In this document: piece after piece, positions 48,656 to 62,827 of the stretch
Position numbering within the stretch: the stretch's first letter is position 1
Layout of the letters: each line of letters begins with the position of its first letter
DNA from: Podarcis tiliguerta
Lineage: Eukaryota
DNA: 64,000 nucleotides
Strand: one strand, 5' to 3'
NCBI GenBank assembly: GCA_965153285.1
Contig: OZ229113.1
The notes under the pieces: generated by a model
Told to the model about the DNA's origin: nothing
The model's input: the letters and a program-made list of their open reading frames with translations, nothing else
Databases searched by the model: none
Position numbers and translations under genes: made by a program

Positions 48656-51103
48656 TACTCACCTACACGGGAACACATTTCACTTGCTAATGTCAATACA
48701 GCATAATGCTAAAAAAAGGGGGCTTTTTTGTTGTGGTTAAGTGAGTCAGGAATTATTATATGCTAATATAATAGGTTGTTTTGTGAAATTTAGCTTTTTT
48801 AGTATTTTTTGTTAATTATTTAGTGTATAGTTGTTGTTTTTATAACATGTTTATTCATTTTGAGTTGCATCAAGCTACATTTTACTTAGAGCAGACCCAT
48901 TGAAGTTGAAGTACCCAGGATAGTTATGTCAGCTAATTTCCATGGATGTAATCTGAGTAGAATAAGCACAGGATGCAACCCTTTGTCCTCTTCTGTACGA
49001 CCTGGGCTTTCAGCAATAAATTTGATTGATTGTTTCTTTTTCCCTATGTTGCACTATTTTCCCTTTATATGTTTATAGCATTGAAACATACCGTAAGAAA
49101 CCCTCTACCAAAAATAAGGATTATCACTGGAGACCATTAAGACTAATTTTAGCACTACTTAGTGCCCAATAAGCTGCCACAGAGTCGATCAACCAGCATC
49201 TGTTGCTGGCCATGCACAAACAGAATGCCATGAAACACAGAGACCTGTTGTAAATTAAACCAAAGGCTATAATTTTAAATCTGGTTTATGGTACAGCAAT
49301 TAATTCTTGGTGGCTCTTTGGCCCACCTGTTATACATAAATGATCTGCATTTAAGACAATGCCTGTGCTTTTATTATGTATTGTACATACTCATGTGTTT
49401 CCATGTCATTAAAGAAACATCTGAGGAAATAAGCTTAGAAGAGAAAACATGAGAGTGTTCCTATAACAGACATCTCAAAGTAAATGGATTAGCTTTGCTT
49501 TTCTTTTTTTTACTTATGCATTTTTAAAATGAGCATCTCATCTTTTTTTACACAGCGCCAGTACACAAACTGGCTTAGGATAAACCTAAAATATGAAAAA
49601 GCATTGCCCCTCCTCTCAATATTACTATGTGTGTCACTCCATCCCTTCATCTCCTCCCCACTTTTGCCAACAGTTAATGCAGAGAATTGATGAACACAAT
49701 TTCTGCCTCTTGTACCTATTATTATTATTTTTTGAAGACCTTGAAACATGTCACAATCCTTTTCTTTTGACTCCCACTCTTGGAACCACTGTGATTTCTG
49801 TTGCCTTTGATGAAGATCCTAAGGTACAAAATGAGAAACCTCTGGCTCAAGGGAAGAATTAGGTCTTCCAGGGGTTCTGATTTGACCTTTGGAGACATTT
49901 TCACCCACCTGGCCCTGACATCACATGACTTCAGGTGTGGGGCAGATAAAGCTATGGCTGCAAAGGAACAACCCAGAGTTTGGAGGTGCACTGTCAATTG
50001 TTTCTCAGCAATCTCAATGCAAATGTAAAGCCCCATTGTGATTGGTTTCACCAAGATTCTCCCTTTGCAACCCTGGTTTAAAGAAAGACTCCTAGCATCA
50101 TATGATAACAGCTGATTGGTAGGTGGGGCCCACCTATCAAAAGTGGCCCATGGAGGGTGGGCCAGTTACCCTACTGACCTGTATGATCCGAGTCACGGCA
50201 CCAAATGAAGCACGTGACGGTATAGCAGGTACCCACTTAGTGTGAATAAGGATCAGGCAGACGCAGCAATGGAGAAAAGAAGTCGAGGTTTTATTATAAG
50301 GACCCAGTTGGAATCTCTTCCAAAAGGACTGGGACCTCGAATGACAGAAATCCTGAGGTCTTTATACCTGAGCAAATCACAGCAAATCACAGATCATGAG
50401 ACAATCATTGGACAGTCACGAATCGCCAGCGAAAATTAGCCAATTAGCGTGCTTCTTGCCAGGTTTACAGCTCCTGGTCAAGCGCAGAGTTCTACTTCTG
50501 CTTTCCGTTGCCTGCAGTGATGCGCTGTCTAACCTCTCCCCTAGTTATGACAGGACAGGGAGTTTTGGAATTTTTGTGGTTTAGCTCTTCCTGTTCTGTG
50601 GATTAATTTAGCCTGTGTTTGAGGGGATTTTGTACCAGTGTCTCTGATTCATGTCTTCCCCTTGTTCAAGGTACACGGATGTTTCTAGGGGAAAGGTCGG
50701 CTCTAAGTGCTGTTTCAAGCAGTTTGCAGTTAGCTAAGGCAAAGCTTCCCTTTGATTCAAAATGGATTATAAAAATACTGTAAGCCCTGATTATGTGTGA
50801 GCATATATGAATACATTGATATATTGATATGAATATATTGATTACTGAAAACTGATTATATGAATAGCATAAGGGTAGCCCTTCTTTCCTTGCCTCACCA
50901 TATATATATATGAGTAATCTATGTACGTAGGGGAAAGCTACATAATGAGCTGGATCCTTTCTCACAGCATTTCACATTGCCAAAAACAAAATATATTGGT
51001 GTCACAGTACAGTTCTTAAAACTGCTTGCCTTTTCAGCAGTAAGGGGCTGTCATATGATTCCCACCCCCTATTTAGTTATTACTAATCACTATGAACCGT
51101 GGT

Positions 51104-51448
51104 GGGACGCGGGTAGCGCTGTGGGTTAAATCACAGAGCCTAGGACTTGCCAATCAGAAGGTCGGCGGTTCAAATCCCCGCGACGGGGTGAGCTCCCGTT
51201 GTTCGGTCCCTTCTCCTGCCAACCTAGCAGTTTGAAAGCACGTCAGAGTGCAAGTAGATAAATAGGTACCGCTCCGGCGGAAAGGTAAACGGTGTTTCCG
51301 TGCGCTGCTCTGGTTCGCCAAAAGCGGCTTAGTCATGCTGGCCACGCCAGCTCCCTCAGCTAATAAAGCGAAATGAGCACCGTAACCCCAGAGTCGGCCA
51401 CGACTGGACCTAATAGTCAGGGGTCCCTTTATCTTTACCTTTACCTTT
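51104..51448 (+). mobile_element. Sauria SINE (second subfamily)
   Basis: Same head, (ACCTTT)n tail; 13-bp TSD TATGAACCRTGGT. Confidence 0.9.
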
Positions 51449-51544
51449 TATGAACCATGGTATGCTCTTTGTCAAAGTATCAACAGCATTTCTCCATATC
51501 TAGAACCTTACAAAACTGCTATGGGAAGATTGTTCTTTTGTGAA

Positions 51545-51579
<35 letters not shown>

Positions 51580-52206
51580 AACTTGAGTTTTATCACCCAT
51601 TAATAGCCTTTGGCAAAGGCTGGCAAGACAGGGAATTTTATACGTGATATAACATATACACACAGACACACATAATATTAAGATTTTTTTATAGGTTGGT
51701 GAAGAGTTTCAGGAACATTGGTTTCTTGCGGATATATGAAAAGCAATAACACTACTGTTTTAAGTGACTATGATCTGATCACAAAAGAACCATTTATTTA
51801 ATTTATTCCTTCCTTGTTTACTAATAATTAAGATGTGTCTACTGTGGCACTGGCTTTATGAGCCAGTTAAGTGCCAACTAATGGGAGGGAAATGAAATTA
51901 CTGTCTAATAAGGAAAGCCATGTCCACTATTTTGTACCAAAAACAAGATGCCACTGAGCTTTCAGATATTAGACTTCAAAACATATTTTTCTTCCCCCCT
52001 GGCATTATAGAATCACTGCAGCAAACCTGCTATACAAAGAACACGAAGAAAACATTTTTATACCATGTGCCCAGCATCCTTGGTAAGAAATAAATACTTG
52101 TTTTCAAAAGAATGGAGTTTAATGAAAAGGTTGCATATTTCCCCCCAATGGATGCATATATAATATTTAGATCTGCAACTATAATCAATTAATCAAATCA
52201 ATTTAC

Positions 52207-52641
52207 CGTACATTTCTGTGTATAAGATTAGGTTTTTTCCTTAGAAATCATGCTAAAATGTTGGGGTCGCCTTATACATGGGTGGACGTTTGGTTGGTTG
52301 GTGCTGCAGCTATTGTGCGTGTTATTGGTTGCTGCGTCAATGGGTGGTGTTGATTGGCCAACACTGTGGCAATAGGGCGGTCAATTATCAGCTTTTGCCG
52401 GTGAGTGGACAGATGGGAGACAGATTTTGTGTCGCATGTGGGTGAGCAGTTTTTGGCATTCTCCCCCCCAAAAAAAGCTCAACAACCCTCGGTAATCCCC
52501 CCCACAAAGCTCAAGAACTCCGCAAGAAAGCTCAACAATTTGTGGCATTTCCCCCCATTTTCTTAAATTTCAACCCCCCATGAGGGGACTGAAGAATTTC
52601 AGTATTATACATGAGCGCGTCTTATAGACAGAAAAGTACGG
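52207..52641. mobile_element. pogo/mariner-like MITE
   Basis: CCGTACATTTCTGTGTATAAG...CTTATAGACAGAAAAGTACGG inverted termini. Confidence 0.6.
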
Positions 52642-53093
52642 TGAAGCTGTGTTGCTAGATTAAAATTACAAGCTCATTTAATTTGGAGTTGACTCAAAAC
52701 CAACTGTTTCCTGACTATACTACTCTGTTCTTTTGGATAGCTGGAAGTCACATCTGTGGTTCTTAAGCAGGTTAGTGCTCCCTCCTCCATTTTGCCACCC
52801 TATTTGCTTACGGTAGAAACGTGTGGGATTTCATTGATGTCATGGGGTGGAAGAGTGCAATTTTTTCAAAAGATTTCAGGGAGGCTCAGTTTGGGTGGAA
52901 GCTGTGCAAGTTTTCTTTTTTTCTGCTTTGGCATTACCACCGGTTGCAGAGGTAGCAATGTTGGAGCCACTGAGAAATCTGTCCATGCAATACAGTCTTT
53001 TTTGCCAGAAAGGCTTGGTTTGAAAGGAGAAATCAGGTTGGAAGTTACTTGTCATCATCTCCCACCTCCAAATACTCCAGGAACAATCCTACA

Positions 53094-53153
53094 CCCTTCC
53101 TTCCTTCCTTCCTTCCTTCCTTCCTTCCTTCCTTCCTTCCTTCCTTCCTTCCT
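53094..53153. repeat. (CCTT)n microsatellite
   Basis: Direct inspection. Confidence 0.95.
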
Positions 53154-54578
53154 TTTCTGACTTTGTCTTTTCCCTGAGCCAAGTAGTGGGGCTTCCTGCA
53201 AAGCTGCATGATGAGGTTCCCGATTCTCTCTCTCTCTCCTCTTTTAGAACTTGTCACCAAGCAGCTACAGATAGACAGGTCTGCAGCATAAAAACAGCAC
53301 AAGGCCTTCAATGTTGACAGTTACATTCTGACATCAACAGAGGGCACAGAAATCTTTCCCAAAGCATAAACAGACAGACATACGCAGCATTTCTCCTCAA
53401 CCTGCAAAAGAGCAAGAAGCACAAGAGACCAAGGTTATTTCGTTACTTCAACATCCTTTCTGAAAATCCCTGGGATAGCAGAGCCCAGTTAAAATCATTC
53501 CATCTGATTGTAAGTTAAGACTTACCACTGACAAGAGAGATTTTCCTGTCCTCCTCCCCACATGGTGTTTGATCTCCCTTCCCCTCTCACTCCTCCCTCG
53601 CATTTTCCTTCCTTAAGAGATATTAGTTTCCCATGGTTCCAGATGCCTTGTCACATCACACCAAGCATCCCACTTTGTCATGGAGAATCCTGGGAACTGT
53701 AGTTTGTTAAGACTGCTGAGAACTGTAGCTCTGTGAGGTCAGCACTTGTAACAAACTACAGCTCTCACAATTCTTTGGTGAAAGACATGGCTTTCAGTGC
53801 GTTATAAGAGTGCTTTAAATGTACGGTGCAGATGTGACCACTGGTTTCTCAAGCAAGCACAGAATCCCTCCGAGGTCTCCTGCCTTGGTTCATAAATGCA
53901 ACATAAAGCGCTTCTTCTGTCCCGTTGGCCTGATCTACATGGTTTCTCTGGCAATGTTACCAAATTTAAAAGCCACAGGTAATAAGATGTCCATGTGTAC
54001 TATTTTACAAAGAAATGGTCCTATATTTGAAGGGCAATCCAAGGGCAGCCCTCCTTTCGAAAAAGTCCTGTATTTCAAAGGCTGTATAGCCCACAGATGG
54101 AGAGCAGGGACCTTGAAATTGCACCTGGACAGCAGATTCAGCAGGTGACACATGTCACACAGACACAGGCTCACCATAGTGTGTATTGTGTTTCCATTTA
54201 AATTACAGTAATTATTTCAAAATTTGCATCTAAGCACATTTAATGGCATGTGCAGTGTTTATGCAAACTGCAGTGATGCAGTTCCTCTTTTTTTGGTATA
54301 AGTGGCAACTTTAACAGGTGATCGAATCATGTGTTTCTTGCAATTGCATGTGACTTGGCCCTAAGCCAAACGTAATTTAGGAATAATTGTATTGCAGTTG
54401 CATCTCGGAACCTTATATTTCCTGGCCTCTTTTTGTGAAGTCAACTATTTTTGAGAATACTAAGGTGGAATCTAGAAACATATAAAAACTGCTCTGAAAA
54501 TGCTTTTTTAAAAATACATTGAATTTTCCATAATGCTCACCATTGCCATCTAATGTGACATTGCATATTGCACTTAAA

Positions 54579-54935
54579 AAAGGTAAAGGTACCCCTGCCC
54601 GTATGGGCCAGTCTTGACAGACTCTAGGGTTGTGCGCTCATCTCACTCTAGAGGCTGGGAGCCAGCGCTGTCCGCAGACACTTCCGGGTCACGTGGCCAG
54701 CGTGACAAGCTGCATCTGGCGAGCCAGCACAGCACACGGAAACGCCGTTTACCTTCCCGCTAGTAAGCGGTCCCTATTTACCTACTTGCACCCGAGGGTG
54801 CTTTTGAACTGCTAGGTTGGCAGGCGCTGGGACCGAGCAACGGGAGCGCACCCCGCCGCAGGGATTTGAACCGCCGACCTGACGATCGGCAAGTCCTAGG
54901 CGCTGAGGTTTTACCCACAGCGCCACCCGCGTCCC
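54579..54935 (-). mobile_element. Sauria SINE, full length
   Basis: Reverse complement of the 31054 subfamily; 15-bp TSD CATATTGCACTTAAA. Confidence 0.92.
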
Positions 54936-56534
54936 TTCATATTGCACTTAAAGCACACTTTAAACGTTTTATTTGCAGCTGTATAGCTGAGTCCTAAGAG
55001 TGGTATTCAATGAAGTCCTCCCGTGTGCAAGAACATTCATCTGCACAGGAGAGCTTACACTTTCTGTCATCTAAATGCTATGAAATACTTTATGTTGGGG
55101 TGGGGGTAGGGTTTCCTCCTACCCTGCGGAGCACATAGGAATAAAGAAGAAAAGTTCTATTGCACAAGTGGAAGTCCTTTTGTGAATGAGTCAATTCTGC
55201 TGAATGCAACCTTAAGTTTTAATGTACAAGATCCTTTGCAGCAGAGATGTTCAAGAGCTTCCAGAGAAATGCCACTGATTCTTTCAATTTGTCTCCAAAG
55301 AACAGAGCACTCCAAATTTGTCTCAAAGTGTACATTAGGCAGAATCTGGTATCAACTTAAAGGTACTTGAAAGCCCCTTGAGAAATATCCCTGATATTAA
55401 TGCGATTCTTTTTAACTTCTTCCAATATCTTTGCCTAGATATTCTTCACTTATGCAGGACCCTTTAAAAAAGTGCATCAAATTTTGCTTTCTGTAAACTA
55501 CAGTAAGAACTCAACTTTGTACTAATTGGATTAGTTTTGTCCATGCAGAGATGATTTAAGCCTTCAGTGAGAAACGTTTCATTATGTTTCACATTTCCTG
55601 AGCGTTCGGGAACATCACATTGAAAGAACGAGTTTCTCCAATTTATTATTGCATTTTTCTGGAGGCAATTTTCTGATTGAAATGACACTGAGTCCACTGG
55701 GAAGCAGAAACCATGGACTTTATAAATATGCAACTGATATCTCTCAGATCAGGCATTTGACGATACTGCTATGACTGTCATATGAAGAAGAAATCTCATG
55801 GGGTGGACAGGCTTGGAATTCATTAGGTTAGAGCATGTTTAGCATCCCACCCAAACTAATAAGTCTATAGTTTTTCCAGTATGTCACAGACAATATTTAT
55901 TATTGCTACTTAATATAATGTAAAGGAGGTAATTTGAGCTCTCTCTCCCCCCCCCCCATTTATTCCTTTAACTTCTGGTGCAGGTTAGTTGTTTACACAT
56001 TCTATGAAATGATAATGATGGGGTTTTCTTAGCTGGATCTAATGTTTTTTTCTTTTGCCTGTGGGTCATCAGCAACACATTTCAATGTACATATTTTTTT
56101 TTGGGGGGGGGGCGTTGCTTGTGTGTCATACACCAAATTCCACAGACTATGCAAAGAGCATGCTGGGACTTGTGGCACCATGCACAGTGAATGAAACCAA
56201 AGAATCCTGTAACATTCTCATTCAGAGTCATTAGGAATTCAGCCTAGAAGAAAGTCATTGGCCAGTCAAAACCTCCACTAACAAACTCTTAGAGTTGACT
56301 CAGCCAAATGAAGAAAATGTTTCATAGCCAAATGAACAAGAAACTCTGCTGAAAATAAAAGCTCATCACATTTCCTCATGTAGTTGAGGTGCTATGTTCA
56401 TTTTAAATCATATTGATCAATAAATAAATATTGTCCACATGTCTTCTGGCTCAATGAGAGGTAGTATATGTTCCACAGTCTATGGCTCAGTACAAACATG
56501 TAAAGTGCATATTGGCCCTGCCTATTTGCGGGAA

Positions 56535-56888
56535 GGGATGCGGGTGGCGCTGTGGGTTAAACCACAGAACTTAGGACTTGCCAATCAGAAGGTCGGCAGT
56601 TCGAATCCCTGCGACGGGGTGAGCTCCCGTTGCTCAGCCCCTGCTCCTGCCAACCTAGCAGTTCGAAAGCAAGTCAAAGTGCAAGTAGATAAATAGGTAC
56701 TGCTCTGGTGGGAAGGTAAACGGCATTTCCATGCGTTGCTCTGGTTCGCCAGAAGCGGCTTAGTCATGCTGGCCACATGACCCGGAAGCTGTACGCTGGC
56801 TCCCTCGGGCCAATAAAGCAGAATGAGCGCCGCAATCCCAGAGTCGGCCACGACTGGACCTAATGGTCAGGGGTCCTTTTACCTTTAC
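56535..56888 (+). mobile_element. Sauria SINE (second subfamily)
   Basis: Aligns with 51104-51448; ends gggtccttttacctttac. Confidence 0.9.
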
Positions 56889-57169
56889 TCACACTGGGCT
56901 CTAGTCAGCCAAGGGCATGGGATGAACCTATCAGGACTGGGTCTGGAATAGGAGAACTAGGGCACATTGACAAAGAGTTCAGTCCCACCTATAAAAAAGG
57001 GAACTCCACGGGAGAAAAGAGACACTTGGGGACTATGCATCAAAGGCTAGGGTGATGAAGTGTATCATCAGGACTCACCGAAAAACATCTAATGAAGTCG
57101 CCAGATGCACATCTGTGGGAAAAACTTAGCGGCTGCCACAGAGAATGGCAAGAGGGTCTAATGTCCAAG

Positions 57170-57320
57170 AAGGTGTGTAAAGAAGGCAGTCGTTCAGATA
57201 TTTGGGGCTTGAGGCTTTAAACACTGACACAAGCACCTTGAATTGGGCATGGAAATCAACTGGCAACCAATGCAGCTGTTTTAAAAGAGGGGTTATCTGT
57301 GATCTAAATGGAACCCAAGC
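57170..57320 (-). mobile_element. Old L2 fragment
   Basis: QITPLLKQLHWLPVDFHAQFKVLVSVFKA, an L2 ORF2 C-terminal motif. Confidence 0.75.
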
Positions 57321-60300
57321 CAAGAATCTGGGGCCAAAGTTTCTGAATCATCTTCAAGCACATTGCAAGAATCCACTCTGGAAGTTACCTAGGAAGTGGA
57401 CCAGAGGGAAAATGTTGCCACCACAAGACCCTGTTCCTAGAAGCTATCTGGCACTGCCCTTTGGCACTGTTGTGGGTCCTAGAGCCACAGCATAGCTGGA
57501 GACCAACCAGAGTAGGAAGTCACCATTTACACCCACACCCACACACCCACACCCACACACTCAGATTCAATTTTCCCTTCTTGACCTCCAGCATGACATG
57601 CACAAAGATGAACCCACAGTAAGTAGGGCTCGGCATAATACTGTACTGCTCAATGCATTGTAAATCACTCTGTCACTCCACAAAACAGATAAGCTTCATT
57701 CATTAATTTTTTAAAGCAAGCTGCTCCTTGTCTCTCCTTTTAACAAAACAGAGTGAACCTCCAAGTGCAGTTTTATGCTAATGAAAACATTGTAATCCTT
57801 TTGTCTCCAGTCTCTCTAAAGGTGTAATGACAACGTTCTGCTTAGTGTAATGTTAAAAAAAGAGGACTTACGAGATGAAGACAAGGCAGATGTTCTGTAT
57901 ATTCAATGTAGAATTATTCAATGTAGAATTAAATATTAATAGAGTATGGGAGTTTATTCTTTTAATAGGAAGGTCAAACGTTTTAGTTTTGCTAATGCCA
58001 AAAAGTAACAAGGGAACCCAAATCCCGGAGGGGAATGATAACAAGGGTGGCGGTGGCAGTGGGTTGGGTAGGGGACATCAGAAATCCTAATTTATACTTA
58101 ACTGACCGAATAGAAAGTAGGGCAACTTCTCAGCAGATGTAAGCATGCACATTTAACATAAATTACATAAAGTTTTAAGCATAACCACTCTCCCGTAGTG
58201 GAATGCCCAGCTTGACTGGAATGTTTGGGCTATGTACTGCTGACCACTTCCTCAAGCACATTTCTGAATACCCTGTGTGCCTAACCTGCCCCAGTTGGGG
58301 GAGAGGGCAGGTTAGTCATATGGAGCTCCTCTGTAATGAATGTGGAATCCCTTGCTTACATGAGGCCTAAATGGCTCTATTTGTGAATGAGAGCGCTGGC
58401 AGGAAAAGAATAGGGAAGACCATTTACTGAATAGCAATTTACGATGGTGTGCATTTAAATGCACTTGGTGAATGGTTGTTGATAGTCCCATTCACATCTC
58501 GGAGCTATTGCTGCTGCTGTTGCTGTTATTTATTAAATTTATATACCCATGGGCTACTTTCCCATGTTCGCGATCCCATGCCATTGCAGTGTGTGTGACT
58601 ACCCAAAGTGAGGCCAGTTACGTAGGTTTTTCCATCCAAATATCATGTGCCATTGTGTGGCAGAAATTCACACGATTTGTTCTGGTACTGGCACACGCAT
58701 GCTGGGCATACATGTGAATTTGGCCTGTATTCACTCCCCCACCCAGTGCGGAAGTGTGATAAAAATTATTCTCACCATTTGGCAGGATAATGAAGACAGA
58801 CAACTGCATGCACGCCGTGGTAAATTCCCACATAGTAAATTCTACAAACACTTATTTGGGAAACTCAGTGGAATGTAAATGCTTTGCATCTGTAAATGCA
58901 CAGTTAAAAAGGAATGGGGGTAGGAGCTTGGTTTGAACACTGGACTGGATCCAAAGGTGTGATAGCAGAATAAATGCTGGCAGTGGCAGTGTTTCATGAA
59001 CTGTTCTGCACAAGCTAGAGAAGGACATTCAGGATTTAATTCTTTTTTTTCTTTTCTTCTGACAAGGATCTTCTTTTAAGATCAAACCAAAATGCTTAAT
59101 AGCACAAAACACTGCATGTCTACTCAGAAGTCACCTCGGGAAGTGTGTACAGGATTGTCACATAGTTTGATACTTTTTTTTTTTAATCTCCTCTTTCCAG
59201 ATCCTTCAGTGAAGTTCACTAAATATTGCTTGTTCATTTATTTTTGAGAAAGAAGTGTTAAGACAATAAGCATTAATCAATACTATGTAATAAGACAGCC
59301 AAGACAAACTACAATGGGGTGGGGTGGGTGACTTTGTTGAAAACTAGATCTCTCTTTCCTTCAGGTCAAGAAGGTCCTCATAGCCCTGTAGTGGGAGCTG
59401 GGTGATGCCACCACAACAGGAACCCCAGGAGCTACAAGGTGGGCAGCTCTCCAGGCAATCCTGTCTCCTCCCATTCCTCTCCTCAGGGCAAGTGGTTTTT
59501 GAGTAGTCCTTTGGAGGCAGCTGGAGAAGGGAGAGGCCACCTCATCTGAGAGCCAGAGCAAGTTGAATAGTGCTGAACCTTGCAAAGTGCACATCTCTGG
59601 CCACAGTTAGCTGTTACAGCAGCCTATATTTCTCCATAGCTTTCTTACTTTTTGCCTGGTAAGCCATTGAATCCCATCAAATGGGATTGAGCTCCCTCTC
59701 CATCTCCCCACAGCAGATGTTTCCCTAGCAATAGTTGTCATTGAAAAGGCAGGAAGGTTTCAAATTAGATAGCTTTTGCTCTAGTCCCAGACCTCCTGCC
59801 TTAGGAAAAGAGTGCCTGGTTGTCTCAAGCTACCCTAAAACGTTAGCTGAAAATATGTAAGTTTTGCATAACTAAGAATGCAAAACTGCATACCTGGCAA
59901 CGAAACCTTGGAGAGTACCTCTTGCTTGATTCCCATTATACACAGTGGAGCTCATTAAGCATACATTATATTCTCAGTGTGGGGATGTTTGTCGGGGTCT
60001 TTAAAAAATGGATTTTTGAATTGACACCACACTTTATTTTTTTTATTTACCGGTACTTATTTGTTAAACTTGTACCCCGTCTTTCCAACAAGTGGTGCTC
60101 AAGGTGCCTAACAATAATACAACAAATAGAATAAAATCAAGCAGCAATAATACAAGATAAAAAAACAAGGAGAGTATCAATACAAACATAAAACTACTCT
60201 CCACACATTTCCAGTGCAACTTATGGACCACTTGTGCAGGAGGTTAGGTTGAGAAAAAGTGACCAGCCCAAGATGAACCTGGTGGGGCTTTGCACTAAGG

Positions 60301-60640
60301 TCTCCCAGTCCTAGTTAAAATACTCTAAACATTATATCACACTGACTTTACCACAATTCATAGATATGTTTGTCTTTTTACAGTCTCAGAAAGTGTTTTC
60401 CACAGCAAGAGAACAACCCCAGAAGCACAACATGCCACTAACATAGGAACCTTTTCTGATCTACTGCACCCACGCTGAATCGGGAGTAGAGGTCTCATGT
60501 GTATTCTGTTAGTCCAATGGATCTAGAGTAGAATAAAGTGTGGCAGGAAAGGGGAGCATGCAGAAGTTGCTAGAGGTGAGATCCACAGGGCATATCTATG
60601 CTACAAACTTCTATCAGTTTTTTTTAAATATACTGTTTTA

Positions 60641-60849
60641 ACCTAAACATTAGGAAGAACTTCCTGACAGTAAGAGCTGTTTGACAGTGGAATTTGCTGC
60701 CAAGGAGTGTGGTGGAGTCTCCTTCTTTGGAGGTCTTTAAGCAGAGGCTTGACAACCATATGTCAGGAGTGCTCTGATGGTGTTTCCTACTTGGCAGGGG
60801 GTTGGACTCGATGGCCCTTGTGGTCTATTCCAACTCTATGATTCTATGA
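60641..60849 (+). mobile_element. CR1 LINE 3' end
   Basis: LNIRKNFLTVRAV*QWNLLPRSVVESPSLEVFKQRLD, then 3' UTR ending ttccaactctatgattctatga (CR1 octamer tail). Confidence 0.9.
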
Positions 60850-62827
60850 ACTGTTGTAGTTCCTTCCAAGGAATCCTGGGAACTGCACTTTGATGAGGTG
60901 CTGTAAAATCTTTGTTAGATCCATAATGCCCAGTTCTGAACTGAGTGTAAATGTGCCCAGAGAATTTTATTCCTGCAGGAAAACTCCTCTGGTAGGCAAT
61001 GCATATTTGAAGCTGTGTTCAGGTCAAGAAACTGAGTACAGTGCCCCCCCCCCCCCCCGCCATGCAGAGCCTGTGACTCACACTTCAAGCAATTGAACAA
61101 GTACATTGGAAATCAAAATTTCAGGCCATCCATATAATAGCAACTAACCACTAATTTATAGTTGCAATTAAGAATTATCTGCCAATAGGAAAATAGCCAC
61201 ATTGCAATAGTATTACTGAAAACACCCACTTTTTGCACGGTTTTATAAATCTTTGAAGGACTGACTGCAAGCTGTTTGTATATTCAGTGACCTTCGATTT
61301 TTGTGGCAGTTATAGGTCCAGAAGGCTAAGAATAGCATTCGGTCTAAACAGCTTCTGAATACTAAATATATAGACCGGGTGACCGGGAATTCAAATACTC
61401 CATTTCTGTGGCTTCTTATTACGCTATAAAAGTGCAGAAACTTCTATTGTTTTCTTGCAATGGGAAAAATATGTTCAGAAGCTGTGATGTAGAAGCCTTG
61501 CATCTCAACAACACAACCTGCTGTCTCACCAGTAATTTGCCCTGTGCCATTCAGAAATGGGGCAAAAGCTTTAAATTCCTAGGTCACTGGGTTAGTGTGT
61601 GGTGCAGCTGCCACCAGTTTATGGGCTCAGCATAAGGCAAGCAAATGCATTCTGAGTGATATGATCAGCATAAGGGTAATTAACCAGTGCATGGAAAATA
61701 CTAAGTCTTCATTCTGAGCTCATTTTGAAATGCACAATATGTTAAGGATTGTTACTTGTTTACACCCGTTTGATTTATTTTACTTTTTAGATGACTGGCT
61801 TTTATTAATACTTTACACACATTCATTCTTATAATCAGTTAAAAACATTTATATTTTAGACCATTGGTTTTCTAGCTGTGTTCTGGGAAATTCTCAGGTT
61901 CTAACTCAACTGGAAGATTAGTAATGGTGAGCAAGCATTCTTGAAAGTATTCAAGACTGTACTATTGAGATATACAGAGGAAAAGCGAGAGTCAGCAACT
62001 GACTACCCCATGTAGTGAGCTATGTTGCTGCAGTTTCTTAAACGTGCAAGCACTTCATTTAGGAGGAAAAAATGTTGCAGGTAACCCATTTTCATATACT
62101 GTATACTACCCTCCACCGGAAGAGCTCAGGGTGGTTTACAAGATAAAAATACAGGATAAAAGCACAAAATAAATAGTTAAAACAAAAACAATACAATACA
62201 CCCAACCACACATTTAGGCCATAGAATATTAATCAGCAAATTATGTGTAGTTACGAAAGTGCATAAAAAACATTCTTATCTCCTCCAGCCTCTGTGTCCC
62301 TCTGTTACGCAGCTGGAATCCTAAAGTCATTTGTCTGGGAGTAAGGCCCATTGAATTCAATAGGACTTTCAGTGTAAACCCGTGCAAGATCAGAGGCGTA
62401 ATGTTTCACCCTTTTGTTTAGATCTTTCCAAGCATCGTCTCAGCATGACAGAAGACTTAAAGAATATGTAAATTTTCTTGTCCTTTTCTGTCACAGAAAA
62501 CAAAGACATCAGAAGCAAACTATGCATTAACAATGCAAAACAAAAGTCTCTTAAAACCAACAAACTGGTTAGGTAGATTGCAGCAGCTTTGAAAAGATAT
62601 TTTTAAACAATATTGCCCAACCAGGCAGATGTTTGCGAGTGGGGAATCTGGTCCTGATATGGTAGCAAAGCCCTTTCCCCATGAAAGCCCATTCTTAGAA
62701 GCTCTTTAACACTGAATCAGAAGAAACAGCAATTTGGGTTTCTGCAGATTACCATTTGCTCCAATTCCTTGCTTTTTGGTCCTGACGTGTGGCTTGTTCT
62801 CCAGAGCTGCCTTTTTAGTTTGCCCTT

